Shown: positions 7,805 to 17,964, numbered from the stretch's first letter. The stretch is DNA of 41,214 nucleotides from Candidatus Methylomirabilia bacterium (GCA_041476345.1 JBGOTH010000001.1:1-41214); one strand, 5' to 3'. The notes: generated by a model not told the origin, from the sequence alone. Numbers and translations are program-made.

Positions 7805-7814
7805 CGCTACTCGC

Positions 7815-7840
7815 TGGGGCGCGGCGACCCCACGTGAGAC
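7815..7840. promoter_or_regulatory. GGGG-N8-CCCC+ACGTGAGAC dyad upstream of P5
   Basis: Reads TGGGGCGCGGCGACCCCACGTGAGAC. The CCCC starts 100 bp upstream of the P5 GG. A near-identical copy is at 12301-12326. Confidence 0.5.
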
Positions 7841-7926
7841 GTGCACGCAGCACTCGCACGGCTCGGCGTTGTCGCCGTTTCCAGCTCGCACCAAGCAATT
7901 TCGCGGAATTGCCCCGCTCGACTGAT

Positions 7927-7942
7927 TGGCATTGACGATGCA
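7927..7942 (+). promoter_or_regulatory. sigma-54 promoter P5 (PRTase-esterase operon)
   Basis: Reads TGGCATTGACGATGCA with GG-N10-GC exact. The SD AAGGGGGG and the TTG/GTG start at 7969/7972 follow. Confidence 0.65.
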
Positions 7943-7968
7943 CCCATTCCCAGGCGAAAGGGGGGATC

Positions 7969-8631
7969 TTGGTGCGTACCTTCCGCGACCGGCGACAGGC
8001 TGGGCAACTCCTCGCCGCGCATCTCGGCGCTTACGCAGGACGAGATGACGTGATCGTGCTCGCGTTGCCACGGGGTGGCGTTCCGGTTGCGTTCGAAATC
8101 GCCCGTGCGCTCCACGCCCCCCTCGACGTGTTCACGGTGCGCAAGCTCGGCGTGCCGGGCCACGAGGAATGGGGATTCGGTGCCATCGCAACGGGCGGTG
8201 TCAGAGTCCTCGATGACGACCTGGTCGACAGGCTCGGGTTACCCGTGCGCGTCATCGAACACATCACCGACCTCGAGCGTCGTGAGCTCGGACGACGTGA
8301 GCGCGCCTACCGCGGTGATCGACCGGCGCCCGCGGTGACCGGGAAGACAGTCATCGTCGTCGACGACGGGTTGGCGACGGGCGCGTCCATGCGCGCCGCC
8401 GTGCGGGCGCTGCGAGCGCTGCGACCGGCCGCGATCGTCGTGGCCGTACCCACGGGCGCCCGTGAGACGTGCCAGACGCTGCGGTCGGAGGTCGAGGCCC
8501 TCATCTGCGTCTCGATGCCCGAGCCGTTCTACGCCGTCGGATCGCAGTATCGCGACTTTCAGCCGACATCGGACGAGGAGGTGTGTCAGCTGCTCGCCGC
8601 CGCTCGGGACCAGGCGGCCGTTTCCGCATGA
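7969..8631 (+). CDS. phosphoribosyltransferase-family protein
   Basis: Contains F-RDRRQAG..LA..L...VLALPRGGVPVAFEIA and the PRPP loop VIVVDDGLATGAS. This type is commonly paired or fused with a dienelactone hydrolase. Confidence 0.85.
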   Translation: MVRTFRDRRQAGQLLAAHLGAYAGRDDVIVLALPRGGVPVAFEIARALHAPLDVFTVRKLGVPGHEEWGFGAIATGGVRVLDDDLVDRLGLPVRVIEHITDLERRELGRRERAYRGDRPAPAVTGKTVIVVDDGLATGASMRAAVRALRALRPAAIVVAVPTGARETCQTLRSEVEALICVSMPEPFYAVGSQYRDFQPTSDEEVCQLLAAARDQAAVSA

Positions 8632-9974
8632 CGACGAACGGCGAGGACCTCGCGGCGTCCGTGCGGCAGGTCGCCCGGCCGCTCGCGGGGACGCCGCGTG
8701 ATTTCGACCCCGTCATCGCCGCCGTCGATCGCGCGCGCTTCGTCCTCATCGGCGAGGCCTCGCACGGGACGCACGAGTTCTACCGCATCCGCGCCGAGAT
8801 CACGAAGCGGCTCATCCGCGAGTGCGGCTTCGAGGCGGTCGCCGTCGAGGCGGACTGGCCGGATGCCTACCGGATCAACCGGTATGTGCGCGGCGCCGGC
8901 ACGGATCACGATGCGATCGAGGCCCTCGACGACTTCAAGCGCTTTCCTCACTGGATGTGGCGTAACGCCGACGTGCTGGACTTCGTGGGCTGGCTGCGTG
9001 AGCACGACGACGCGTGCACGGATGATGCCCGGAAGGTCGGCTTCTACGGTCTCGACCTCTACAGCCTTCACGCCTCGATGGAGGCGGTGGTCCGTTACCT
9101 CCGGGTCGTCGATCCCGACGCCGCGCGCCGCGCGCAGTCCCGGTACGCGTGCTTCGACCACTTCGGCGGCGACGTCGAGACCTACGCCCGGACGGCGGGG
9201 TTGGGACTCGCCGCGTCGTGCGAGCGCGAGGTGGTGAGCCAGCTCGTCGATCTCCGGCGCTCCGCGTCCGACTACGCGCGCCGCGATGGGCGTGTGGCCG
9301 CGGACGATCTCTTCGTGGCCGAGCAGAATGCGCGCCTGGTGAAGAACGCCGAGGCGTACTACCGCACGATGTTCGGGGGCCACGTCGCGTCGTGGAATCT
9401 CCGCGACCGGCACATGGTCGAGACCCTGGAAGCGCTCGCCGAGCACGTGCAGGCAGCGCGTGGACGGCCCGCGAAGATCGTGGTGTGGGCGCACAACTCG
9501 CATCTCGGCGACGCCCGCGCCACCGAGCTCGGTCAGCGTGGCGAGTTGAACGTGGGTCAGCTCGTGCGTGAGCGCTACGGTCGCGAAGCGCTCCTCGTCG
9601 GCTTCACGACCAACGAAGGCACGGTGACCGCGGCGTCCGACTGGGGCGAGCCCGCCGAGCGCAAGACGGTGCGACCGGCCTTGCCCGGCAGCTACGAATC
9701 CATCTTCCACGCCGTGGGCCTGGGGAACTTCGCGCTGGACCTGCGCCATCACGGTCTCGCGAGCTCAGCGCTGGCGTCGCCACGACTCGAGCGCGCGATT
9801 GGTGTCGTGTACCGGCCGGAGACGGAGCGGCAGAGCCACTACTTCGACGCCGTGCTCCCGCGCCAGTTCGATCTGGTTTTACACTACGACCACACGCGCG
9901 CCGTCGAGCCGCTCGAGCGCACGGCCCAGTGGGAACGCGGCGAGTTGCCGGAAACATATCCGTCCTCGCTGTGA
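8628..9974 (+). CDS. erythromycin esterase-like (PF05139-type) protein
   Basis: The start is taken at ATG 8628 (ATGA overlap with the PRTase stop). Contains FVLIGEASHGTHEFY...AVEADWPD...VVWAHNSHLGD. Confidence 0.8.
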   Translation: MTTNGEDLAASVRQVARPLAGTPRDFDPVIAAVDRARFVLIGEASHGTHEFYRIRAEITKRLIRECGFEAVAVEADWPDAYRINRYVRGAGTDHDAIEALDDFKRFPHWMWRNADVLDFVGWLREHDDACTDDARKVGFYGLDLYSLHASMEAVVRYLRVVDPDAARRAQSRYACFDHFGGDVETYARTAGLGLAASCEREVVSQLVDLRRSASDYARRDGRVAADDLFVAEQNARLVKNAEAYYRTMFGGHVASWNLRDRHMVETLEALAEHVQAARGRPAKIVVWAHNSHLGDARATELGQRGELNVGQLVRERYGREALLVGFTTNEGTVTAASDWGEPAERKTVRPALPGSYESIFHAVGLGNFALDLRHHGLASSALASPRLERAIGVVYRPETERQSHYFDAVLPRQFDLVLHYDHTRAVEPLERTAQWERGELPETYPSSL

Positions 9975-9981
9975 CGCGACG

Positions 9982-10071
9982 ATGAATTCCCTCGCGATCC
10001 CCTTGGGAGAATGTCACAGGTGATCGCGGCATCGTCCTGTTCGCTCACGGCAGCGGCAGCAGCCGCTTGAG
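9982..10071 (+). pseudogene. dienelactone-hydrolase gene remnant (5' scrap only)
   Basis: 10022-10071 matches the intact DLH gene at 12766-12815 in 48 of 50 nt (encoding GDRGIVLFAHGSGSSRL). The stop/start junction 9963-9985 matches 12654-12676 in 21 of 23 nt. The ATG at 9982 runs into a stop at 10021-10023, and about 53 nt are missing relative to the intact copy. Nothing DLH-like follows 10071. Confidence 0.8.
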
Positions 10072-10368
10072 GAGCGCGCGCCGACGCTGCACATCGACCC
10101 GGATGCGCTTGGCTTCGCGCTCGGCACGCCGTTCCAGCGCGGCCGCCGGCGCCTGGCTCAGCTCGGCCGCTCCCCGCCCGCGCGATGTCCCATGGAGCGC
10201 CCGCGCACATCAGCACACGAGTGCGGCGATCAGGGATCTTCGTCGTACTGGCGTTTTCATGGCGCCCACGAACGTACCGGACGAAGAAGGAGGACCGCGT
10301 ACGGTGACACTGCCGCGCCGTGAGGCGATCCGCACCGGCTCTCCTTCCCAGATCCGGCCTGCGGTTCA

Positions 10369-10785
10369 TCATCGACCGTTCTCCTTGGTGAACGTTCCGC
10401 CGGGAAGATCCGTCACGGTGATCTTCAGCGCGACCATCCGCGCGCCCTCGTTGCGGCACTCGATGGTGACGTAGTCCCCGACGTAGACTCCGGAGCGATC
10501 GAGCGGCGCTTCGACGAACTCGCCGGGGAATCCTTCCCCGGTGTCCTCGACCCGGAACGCGATGGCACATTCCGTCCGTGTCGTGAGCGCGATCCTTGGG
10601 CGCGTGACGACCGTGGCGCCGTCGTGAATCCGCCACGGCCCGACCTCCGCGAGCACGATCGAGTCGGTGTTCTCGTCGTCGTCCACGATGGTGCCGGAAT
10701 GCTTCACGATCTCGGCGCGCGCGGACACGGTGACGGTCAGCAGCAACGTGAGGGTCATACCGAGCACGAGTGCATGTGAGCGCAT
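10369..10785 (-). CDS. secreted hypothetical protein (signal peptide)
   Basis: The N-terminus MRSHALVLGMTLTLLLTVTVSARA is signal-peptide-like. Composition is non-Arg-rich and protein-like. It is last in the minus-strand operon after DUF2267. Confidence 0.65.
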   Translation of the reverse strand: MRSHALVLGMTLTLLLTVTVSARAEIVKHSGTIVDDDENTDSIVLAEVGPWRIHDGATVVTRPRIALTTRTECAIAFRVEDTGEGFPGEFVEAPLDRSGVYVGDYVTIECRNEGARMVALKITVTDLPGGTFTKENGR

Positions 10786-10800
10786 CGTCGTCGTCCTTCC

Positions 10801-11202
10801 TCAGGCGGCCTGTTGCGCGGTCGCCCAGACCGCTTTGAGGTCTTTCGGGAGCTGCGCGAGGATGTCGTCCGACTCGCCGGGCGAGAGCTGCTCCTTGAGC
10901 GCCGCGAAGACCGCGAGCGTGGCATCGCGCGCCTCGCGCTCGGATCCGAGGCCGGCATCGAGGCGGATGCGAGCATAGAACTCGCGGCGGTGCATGCGCA
11001 CGGGGCGTTGATCGACGTCGTGGCCGAAGTCCCACACACGCTTCAGGGGACGCGGGAGCTGCGCACGCGCCTGGCGCGCCTCGCCCGACGTCAAGCGATC
11101 GCGGAGCGCCTGCAACACGGCGGCGGTGACGGCATGAACCTTCGAACGGTCGTCGAGCTCCAGAGTCTCGGCGACGAGGTCGTAGAAGACGTTGGCGTTC
11201 AA
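10801..11202 (-). CDS. DUF2267-domain protein (two repeats)
   Basis: It has two repeats of the DUF2267 pattern: A..AVLQALRDRLTSGEARQARAQLPRPLKRVW and ATLAVFAALKEQLSPGESDDILAQLPKDLKAVW. Confidence 0.8.
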   Translation of the reverse strand: MNANVFYDLVAETLELDDRSKVHAVTAAVLQALRDRLTSGEARQARAQLPRPLKRVWDFGHDVDQRPVRMHRREFYARIRLDAGLGSEREARDATLAVFAALKEQLSPGESDDILAQLPKDLKAVWATAQQAA

Positions 11203-11210
11203 CGCGTGCT

Positions 11211-11330
11211 TCAGGCCGCCGCCAGCTCGCGCTCAGCGTCCAGCGGCGCCGTGATGACCTGTCGTGACTCGCCGAAGTAGTCGATCAGCTGGTCGATCGT
11301 GCGGGGACGATCCGTCTTGAACAGCACCAT
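11211..11330 (-). CDS. 39-aa ORF (MVLFKTDRPRTIDQLIDYFGESRQVITAPLDAERELAAA), first gene of the DUF2267 operon
   Basis: A strong SD, AAGGAGGG, lies 6 nt upstream of the ATG at 11330. It sits directly downstream of sigma-54 promoter P6. I recognise no family. Confidence 0.5.
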   Translation of the reverse strand: MVLFKTDRPRTIDQLIDYFGESRQVITAPLDAERELAAA

Positions 11331-11370
11331 CGCGTTCCCTCCTTCTCCGTGATGACTCCGGTTCGAGATC

Positions 11371-11385
11371 GCAACGGCGATGCCA
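11371..11385 (-). promoter_or_regulatory. sigma-54 promoter P6 (39-aa ORF/DUF2267/secreted protein operon)
   Basis: The minus strand reads (C)TGGCATCGCCGTTGC(G) with GG-N10-GC exact. The leader is about 29 nt. Confidence 0.65.
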
Positions 11386-11436
11386 GACCCGGCCCGAGCG
11401 AAATCACACCGTTGGGCGGACCCGTGCGCGTTCGGT

Positions 11437-11458
11437 GAGGCACGCGTGCCCCAGTGCG
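11437..11458. promoter_or_regulatory. degenerate dyad (GAGG-N8-CCCC+AGTGCG) near P6
   Basis: Reads GAGGCACGCGTGCCCCAGTGCG and lies 56 bp from the P6 GG. A CCTCAC word at about 11470 forms an inverted repeat with GTGAGG at 11435-11440. Confidence 0.35.
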
Positions 11459-11500
11459 GCAGCGTCACCTCACGCTCAAGAGTCGCGCGGACATGAAAGA

Positions 11501-11530
11501 GGTGAAGCTCACCCCAGGTGAGGCAGCCAC
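11501..11530. promoter_or_regulatory. CCCCAGGTGAGGCAGCCAC element upstream of P7 (left half replaced by GGTGA-AGC-TCACC)
   Basis: Reads GGTGAAGCTCACCCCAGGTGAGGCAGCCAC. The CCCC starts 88 bp upstream of the P7 GG. It is collinear with the P4 copy at a constant offset of 4980 nt. Confidence 0.45.
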
Positions 11531-11598
11531 GCCGCTGGTGATCGCGCCGTCGACGCGGGGCGTCTTCTCATCTGCGCGATTTGTCTCACGCGGCACCC

Positions 11599-11614
11599 AG
11601 GCAGGCCTGTTGCA
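11599..11614 (+). promoter_or_regulatory. sigma-54 promoter P7 (CDF-like transporter)
   Basis: Reads AGGCAGGCCTGTTGCA with GG-N10-GC exact. The leader to the ATG at 11644 is about 19 nt. Confidence 0.6.
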
Positions 11615-11643
11615 CTCCATGGGGACATGACGATTCACGGCTG

Positions 11644-12282
11644 ATGCCGATCCTCGAAACGGAAGGTCTCACGCGACCCGAGCATCACCACATCGAGGCG
11701 CCCCGCGTCGCCATCGCCCTTGCGATCACTCTCCTCGCCGCCGCCGGGGAGCTGGCAGGCGCGCGCAGTGCGGGCAGCCTGTTTCTCACCGCCGACGCCG
11801 TGCACCTCGTCGCCCATATCGGCATCTTCGCCGTCCTCCTGATTCCGCGCGGTCGATGGCATGGCGCCGAGGAAGACGTGGCGACGGCCGGTGTCCTCGC
11901 GCTCGTCGCGCTGATCGCCACGGCAATCACCGCCGCCTCGATCAATGCCGTGCTCTTCGCCAACCACGGCGCGCCCGCGCCGGCCTTCCTCTTGCTGTCC
12001 CTCCTCGGGCTCGGCGCGAACGTCGCGACCGCCTGGCTGTTTCGGACCCCCGCCGCATCCCGCTGGTCATTTCGTGCGGCGCTCGCTCACGAGCTCGCCG
12101 ATGGAATGATCACTGTCGCGGGACTCGCCGGCGCGCTGCTCATCAGACTCTTTGGGTGGTGGTGGATCGACCCGGGTCTGTCGCTCGCGATCGGGGTATG
12201 GCTCGACGTCTGGGCGCTCCGCCTCGTCCGACTCCGAATCCGGCACGGGGCGAGCGCGTGGACGATCGACGACGGCGTCTGA
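11644..12282 (+). CDS. cation diffusion facilitator (CDF)-like membrane protein lacking the cytosolic C-terminal domain
   Basis: 212 aa with 5-6 hydrophobic helices. CDF-like metal-site motifs TADAVHLVAH and AHELADG are present. The start is taken at ATG 11644, because track start 11581 lies inside the promoter. Confidence 0.6.
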   Translation: MPILETEGLTRPEHHHIEAPRVAIALAITLLAAAGELAGARSAGSLFLTADAVHLVAHIGIFAVLLIPRGRWHGAEEDVATAGVLALVALIATAITAASINAVLFANHGAPAPAFLLLSLLGLGANVATAWLFRTPAASRWSFRAALAHELADGMITVAGLAGALLIRLFGWWWIDPGLSLAIGVWLDVWALRLVRLRIRHGASAWTIDDGV

Positions 12283-12300
12283 GACGTCGGGCGCTCGCGT

Positions 12301-12326
12301 TGGGGCGCAATGACCCCACGTGAGAC
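12301..12326. promoter_or_regulatory. GGGG-N8-CCCC+ACGTGAGAC dyad upstream of P8
   Basis: Reads TGGGGCGCAATGACCCCACGTGAGAC. The CCCC starts 98 bp upstream of the P8 GG. It is a duplicate of 7815-7840. Confidence 0.5.
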
Positions 12327-12410
12327 GCGGGCGCAACACTCGTGCGGATCGGCCTCTCACACCTTCCGGCGCACGTCACGCGGTTTTGCCCAATTACGCG
12401 GGTAACCGCG

Positions 12411-12426
12411 TGGCATTAACGATGCA
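12411..12426 (+). promoter_or_regulatory. sigma-54 promoter P8 (DLH / Cys-rich / FAAL / MFS operon)
   Basis: Reads TGGCATTAACGATGCA, 15 of 16 nt identical to P5, with GG-N10-GC exact. The SD AAGGGGG and the ATG at 12454 follow. Confidence 0.65.
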
Positions 12427-12453
12427 CCTCCCTGCGGCGCAAGGGGGCGCGAT

Positions 12454-12665
12454 ATGGACGCACTCGTCGGCATCGCCAGATCCGGGTACATCGAGGGACG
12501 GCAACGTCGGGAGCGTGCGCTGGATTTCGCAGGTGTCGCCTTCGGCGTGGGATTGGGCACGGCGCTATGGCTCATCCTCGCGGCGGTCGCTCGCCTCATC
12601 GGATGACACCGGTGGCGTTCGAGGTCGCTCGTGCGGAAAGACGGTCATCGACATCCTCGCTGTGA
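12454..12665 (+). pseudogene. collapsed remnant of a PRTase + esterase gene pair
   Basis: The start context is homologous to the PRTase start. 12609-12635 matches PRTase 8083-8109 in 23 of 27 nt (PVAFE[VI]ARA). 12636-12653 matches 8341-8358 in 15 of 18 nt (GKTVI). 12654-12665 matches the esterase end (SSL-stop). About 2 kb has been reduced to about 210 nt, spread over different frames. A 50-codon ORF (12454-12606) with a TM-like tail is open here but may be fortuitous. Confidence 0.65.
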
Positions 12666-12672
12666 GACGACG

Positions 12673-13347
12673 ATGACCCCTCTCCCGTACGCCGCCGACG
12701 TCCCGGAAGTCGAGATCCCTGCGGACGATGTCTCCCTTCACGGAAACCTCGCGACCCGGCCGGGCGATCGCGGCATCGTCCTGTTCGCGCACGGGAGCGG
12801 CAGCAGCCGCTTGAGCGGTCGCAATCGTTACGTCGCGCGCGCGCTCGAGAACGCGGGGTTCTCGACCCTGCTCTTCGATCTCCTGACGAGGGACGAGGAG
12901 CGCGTGGACGAGATGACGCGCGCGTTGCGGTTCGACATCGAGATGCTCGCGCGCCGCCTCGTCGCCGTCACGGACTGGATCTCGGCGCGGCCGGACACGC
13001 GACACATGTCCGTCGGCTATTTCGGAGCCAGCACGGGCGCGGCCGCCGCGCTGATCGCCGCCGCCGAACGCCCGGGGGTCGTGGCCGCCGTCGTGTCGCG
13101 CGGAGGACGTCCCGATCTTGCCGCGCGTGCGCTTCGGAACGTGAAGGCGCCGACGCTGCTCATCGTCGGGAGTCTCGACGTGCCGGTCATCGCGATGAAC
13201 CGGAGCGCGCTCGACGCGCTCACCACCGAGAAAAAACTGGAGATCGTGGCGGGTGCCAGCCATCTCTTCGAGGAGCCTGGAACACTGCAGATCGTCGCCC
13301 GTCTCGCGAGCGACTGGTTCCACCGACACCTGGGCGTTCCACGATGA
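12673..13347 (+). CDS. dienelactone hydrolase-family alpha/beta hydrolase
   Basis: Contains GIVLFAHGSGSSRLS.RN, the nucleophile elbow GYFGASTGAAAA, and VVSRGGRPDLA...LLIVGSLD...GASHLFEEPG. The start is taken at ATG 12673. Confidence 0.85.
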   Translation: MTPLPYAADVPEVEIPADDVSLHGNLATRPGDRGIVLFAHGSGSSRLSGRNRYVARALENAGFSTLLFDLLTRDEERVDEMTRALRFDIEMLARRLVAVTDWISARPDTRHMSVGYFGASTGAAAALIAAAERPGVVAAVVSRGGRPDLAARALRNVKAPTLLIVGSLDVPVIAMNRSALDALTTEKKLEIVAGASHLFEEPGTLQIVARLASDWFHRHLGVPR

Positions 13348-13625
13348 GCTACACCTGCGGCCATCCCGAGCGGGCGCACGTGGGCGGTGGACGCTGCCGT
13401 GTTCCCGATTGTCCGTGCGAGCGGGTCGAGCCGGGCGACACCATCGCGCGGGAGTTTGCCGTCACCAGTGCCCACACTCCGGCGCATGTCGAGCGCGCGG
13501 TGATCCCCATGCTGAAGAACTCCACCTATGACCTCATGGAAACCGCCGCCGTCCTCTCGAAGGGTCGGCACGACCTCAAGGCGCACTTCGCCGGCGAAGG
13601 CGACGTGAAGATCGCCGCTTCCTAG
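13344..13625 (+). CDS. 93-aa chimeric ORF: Cys/His-rich N-terminal module fused to a Kbl C-terminal fragment plus an unknown tail
   Basis: ATGA overlap with the DLH stop. The third codon position is strongly G/C. Nt 13344-13445 are roughly 80% identical to the small ORF at 18105-18206. 13470-13503 matches the kbl 3' end 21626-21659 in 30 of 34 nt (AHTPAH[VL]ERAV). Confidence 0.6.
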   Translation: MSYTCGHPERAHVGGGRCRVPDCPCERVEPGDTIAREFAVTSAHTPAHVERAVIPMLKNSTYDLMETAAVLSKGRHDLKAHFAGEGDVKIAAS

Positions 13626-13641
13626 TCACCCACGGCGCGTC

Positions 13642-16491
<2,850 letters not shown>

Positions 16492-16494
16492 GCC

Positions 16495-17811
16495 GTGGAC
16501 GATCGGCGCCGAGCACGCGTCGGCTGGTATTTCTATGACTTCGCCAACTCCGCCTTCTCCACCACGGTCATCACGGTGTTCCTCGGACCCCACCTGACTG
16601 CCGTGACGCGGGCGGCGGCCGATGCGGAAGGATTCGTCCATCCGCTGGGTCTCTCGCTCCACGCCGGATCGTTCTTCCCGTACGTCGTCTCGCTCTCCGT
16701 CGCCCTCCAGGCACTCGTGCTCCCCTCGCTCGGAGCGATGGCCGACCATTCGCGTCGCAAGAAGCAGATGCTCGGAGTCTTCGCGTACCTCGGCGCCTGC
16801 ACGACCATGGCCCTCTACTTCGTGCGCGCGCCGGACTACGTGCTCGGTGGAGTCCTGTGCGTCATCGCCAACCTGAGTTTCGGGGCGTCAGTGGTCTTCT
16901 ACAACGCGCTCCTCGCGGACGTCGCGGCGCCGGATGAGCGTGATGCGGTCTCTTCGCGAGGCTGGGCGCTCGGCTACCTCGGGGGCGGATTGCTGCTTGC
17001 CATGAATTTCGGCCTCGTGTCCCGCGCGCCGGCGCTCGGGCTTACTGGCGACCAGGCGACGCGTATCAGCCTCGCCTCCGCCGGCCTCTGGTGGGCGCTG
17101 TTCACGCTCGTCCCGATGCTGACCTTGCGGAGCACCGAGCCGGCCACGCCGTTGCCGCCTCACGCGCGCTCTCTCACCGCCGGCTTTACACAGCTCGCGC
17201 TGACCGTGCGCTCCTTGCGGAAGCAGCCGCGCACCCTGCTCTTCCTCGTCGCCTACCTCCTCTACAACGACGGGATCCAGACGGTCGTGACGCTCTCGTC
17301 TCAGTTCGGCCACGAGGAGCTTGGACTGTCGATGGCGACCCTCGCCGGCGTGATCCTCATGGTGCAGTTCGTCGCGCTGCTGGGGTCGCTGGCATTCGAG
17401 CAGGTCGCACGGGTATCGGGCGCCAAGGGCGCGATCATCATTGCGCTCCTCGGGTGGACGGGCGCGCTCGTGTACGTGTACGCGCTGCTGAGGACGCCCG
17501 GCGAGTTCGTGGGGCTGGCCGTCGTCATCGCGCTGGTGCTCGGCGGCAGCCAGGCCCTCAGCCGATCGCTCTACTCGCTGATGATCCCGCACGGCTACGA
17601 GGCCCGATATTTCAGTCTCTACGAGGTGAGCGATCGGGGGACGAGCTGGCTCGGACCGCTCGTCTTCGGCCTGTCGCTTCAATTCTCCGGTAGCTACCGC
17701 GTGGCCCTTCTCTCGCTCGTGGTCTTCTTCGCCGCCGGCCTACTCCTCCTGGCGCGGGTCGACGTCCGGCGCGCCATCGCCGAGGCCACAAACCCTGCCA
17801 ACGTGCCGTGA
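16495..17811 (+). CDS. MFS transporter, UMF1/Atg22-like family
   Basis: The N-terminus WYFYDFANSAFSTTVITVFLGPHL is typical of UMF1. About 12 hydrophobic helices. It starts 4 nt after the FAAL-LPLAT stop. Confidence 0.8.
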   Translation: MDDRRRARVGWYFYDFANSAFSTTVITVFLGPHLTAVTRAAADAEGFVHPLGLSLHAGSFFPYVVSLSVALQALVLPSLGAMADHSRRKKQMLGVFAYLGACTTMALYFVRAPDYVLGGVLCVIANLSFGASVVFYNALLADVAAPDERDAVSSRGWALGYLGGGLLLAMNFGLVSRAPALGLTGDQATRISLASAGLWWALFTLVPMLTLRSTEPATPLPPHARSLTAGFTQLALTVRSLRKQPRTLLFLVAYLLYNDGIQTVVTLSSQFGHEELGLSMATLAGVILMVQFVALLGSLAFEQVARVSGAKGAIIIALLGWTGALVYVYALLRTPGEFVGLAVVIALVLGGSQALSRSLYSLMIPHGYEARYFSLYEVSDRGTSWLGPLVFGLSLQFSGSYRVALLSLVVFFAAGLLLLARVDVRRAIAEATNPANVP

Positions 17812-17867
17812 TGCTGCGCACCATTTCCGCGGCGGCGGTCGGCCAGCGCGGCCCGGGATGGTGCGGC

Positions 17868-17907
17868 GACGCCTCACCCGGGGCAACCGTGCCCCGGGTG
17901 AGGCGTC
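17868..17907. promoter_or_regulatory. perfect 40-nt palindrome: full-symmetry version of the regulon dyad and/or intrinsic terminator stem
   Basis: Reads GACGCCTCACCCGGGG-CAACCGTG-CCCCGGGTGAGGCGTC, with 16-bp perfect arms and an 8-nt centre. It lies 57 nt after the MFS stop and 58 bp upstream of the P11 GG. No T-tract follows. Confidence 0.55.
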
Positions 17908-17948
17908 AGCTCTTCGGGCCAAGCCTGTGTTCACGCGTACTTCTGGAT

Positions 17949-17964
17949 CGGTCTCGCTCTTGCT
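17949..17964 (+). promoter_or_regulatory. possible sigma-54 promoter P11 (CBS-fragment/Cys-rich/baeRF1/tdh/kbl/ATPase operon)
   Basis: Reads CGGTCTCGCTCTTGCT with GG-N10-GC exact and a perfect -12 TTGCT, but the -24 has only the GG. The leader to the ATG at 17995 is about 20 nt and carries a GGGAG SD. Confidence 0.35.

Noticed and set aside
10045-10260. Minus-strand ORF MKTPVRRRSLIAALVC-TGA-CARALHG...LLKRLLPLP with an in-frame TGA flanked by Cys (possible selenocysteine)
   Set aside because: No SD precedes the ATG. I could not find a convincing SECIS-like hairpin after the TGA. The C-terminal part is simply the antisense of the DLH gene scrap. The composition is Ala/Arg-rich as expected by chance.
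12454-12606. 50-aa ORF with a C-terminal TM-like helix immediately downstream of P8
   Set aside because: It has a good SD and start position. However, the DNA is demonstrably the decayed 5' part of a PRTase gene. Third-position G+C (37 of 50 by my count) is lower than in solid genes here. The hydrophobic tail may be fortuitous. It is kept only as a note inside the pseudogene feature.
17944-17958. TGGATCGGTCTCGC as a sigma-54 promoter upstream of the CBS-fragment ORF
   Set aside because: The GG to GC spacing is N9, not N10. The overlapping CGGTCTCGCTCTTGCT (N10) is the only admissible reading, and it is reported at low confidence.
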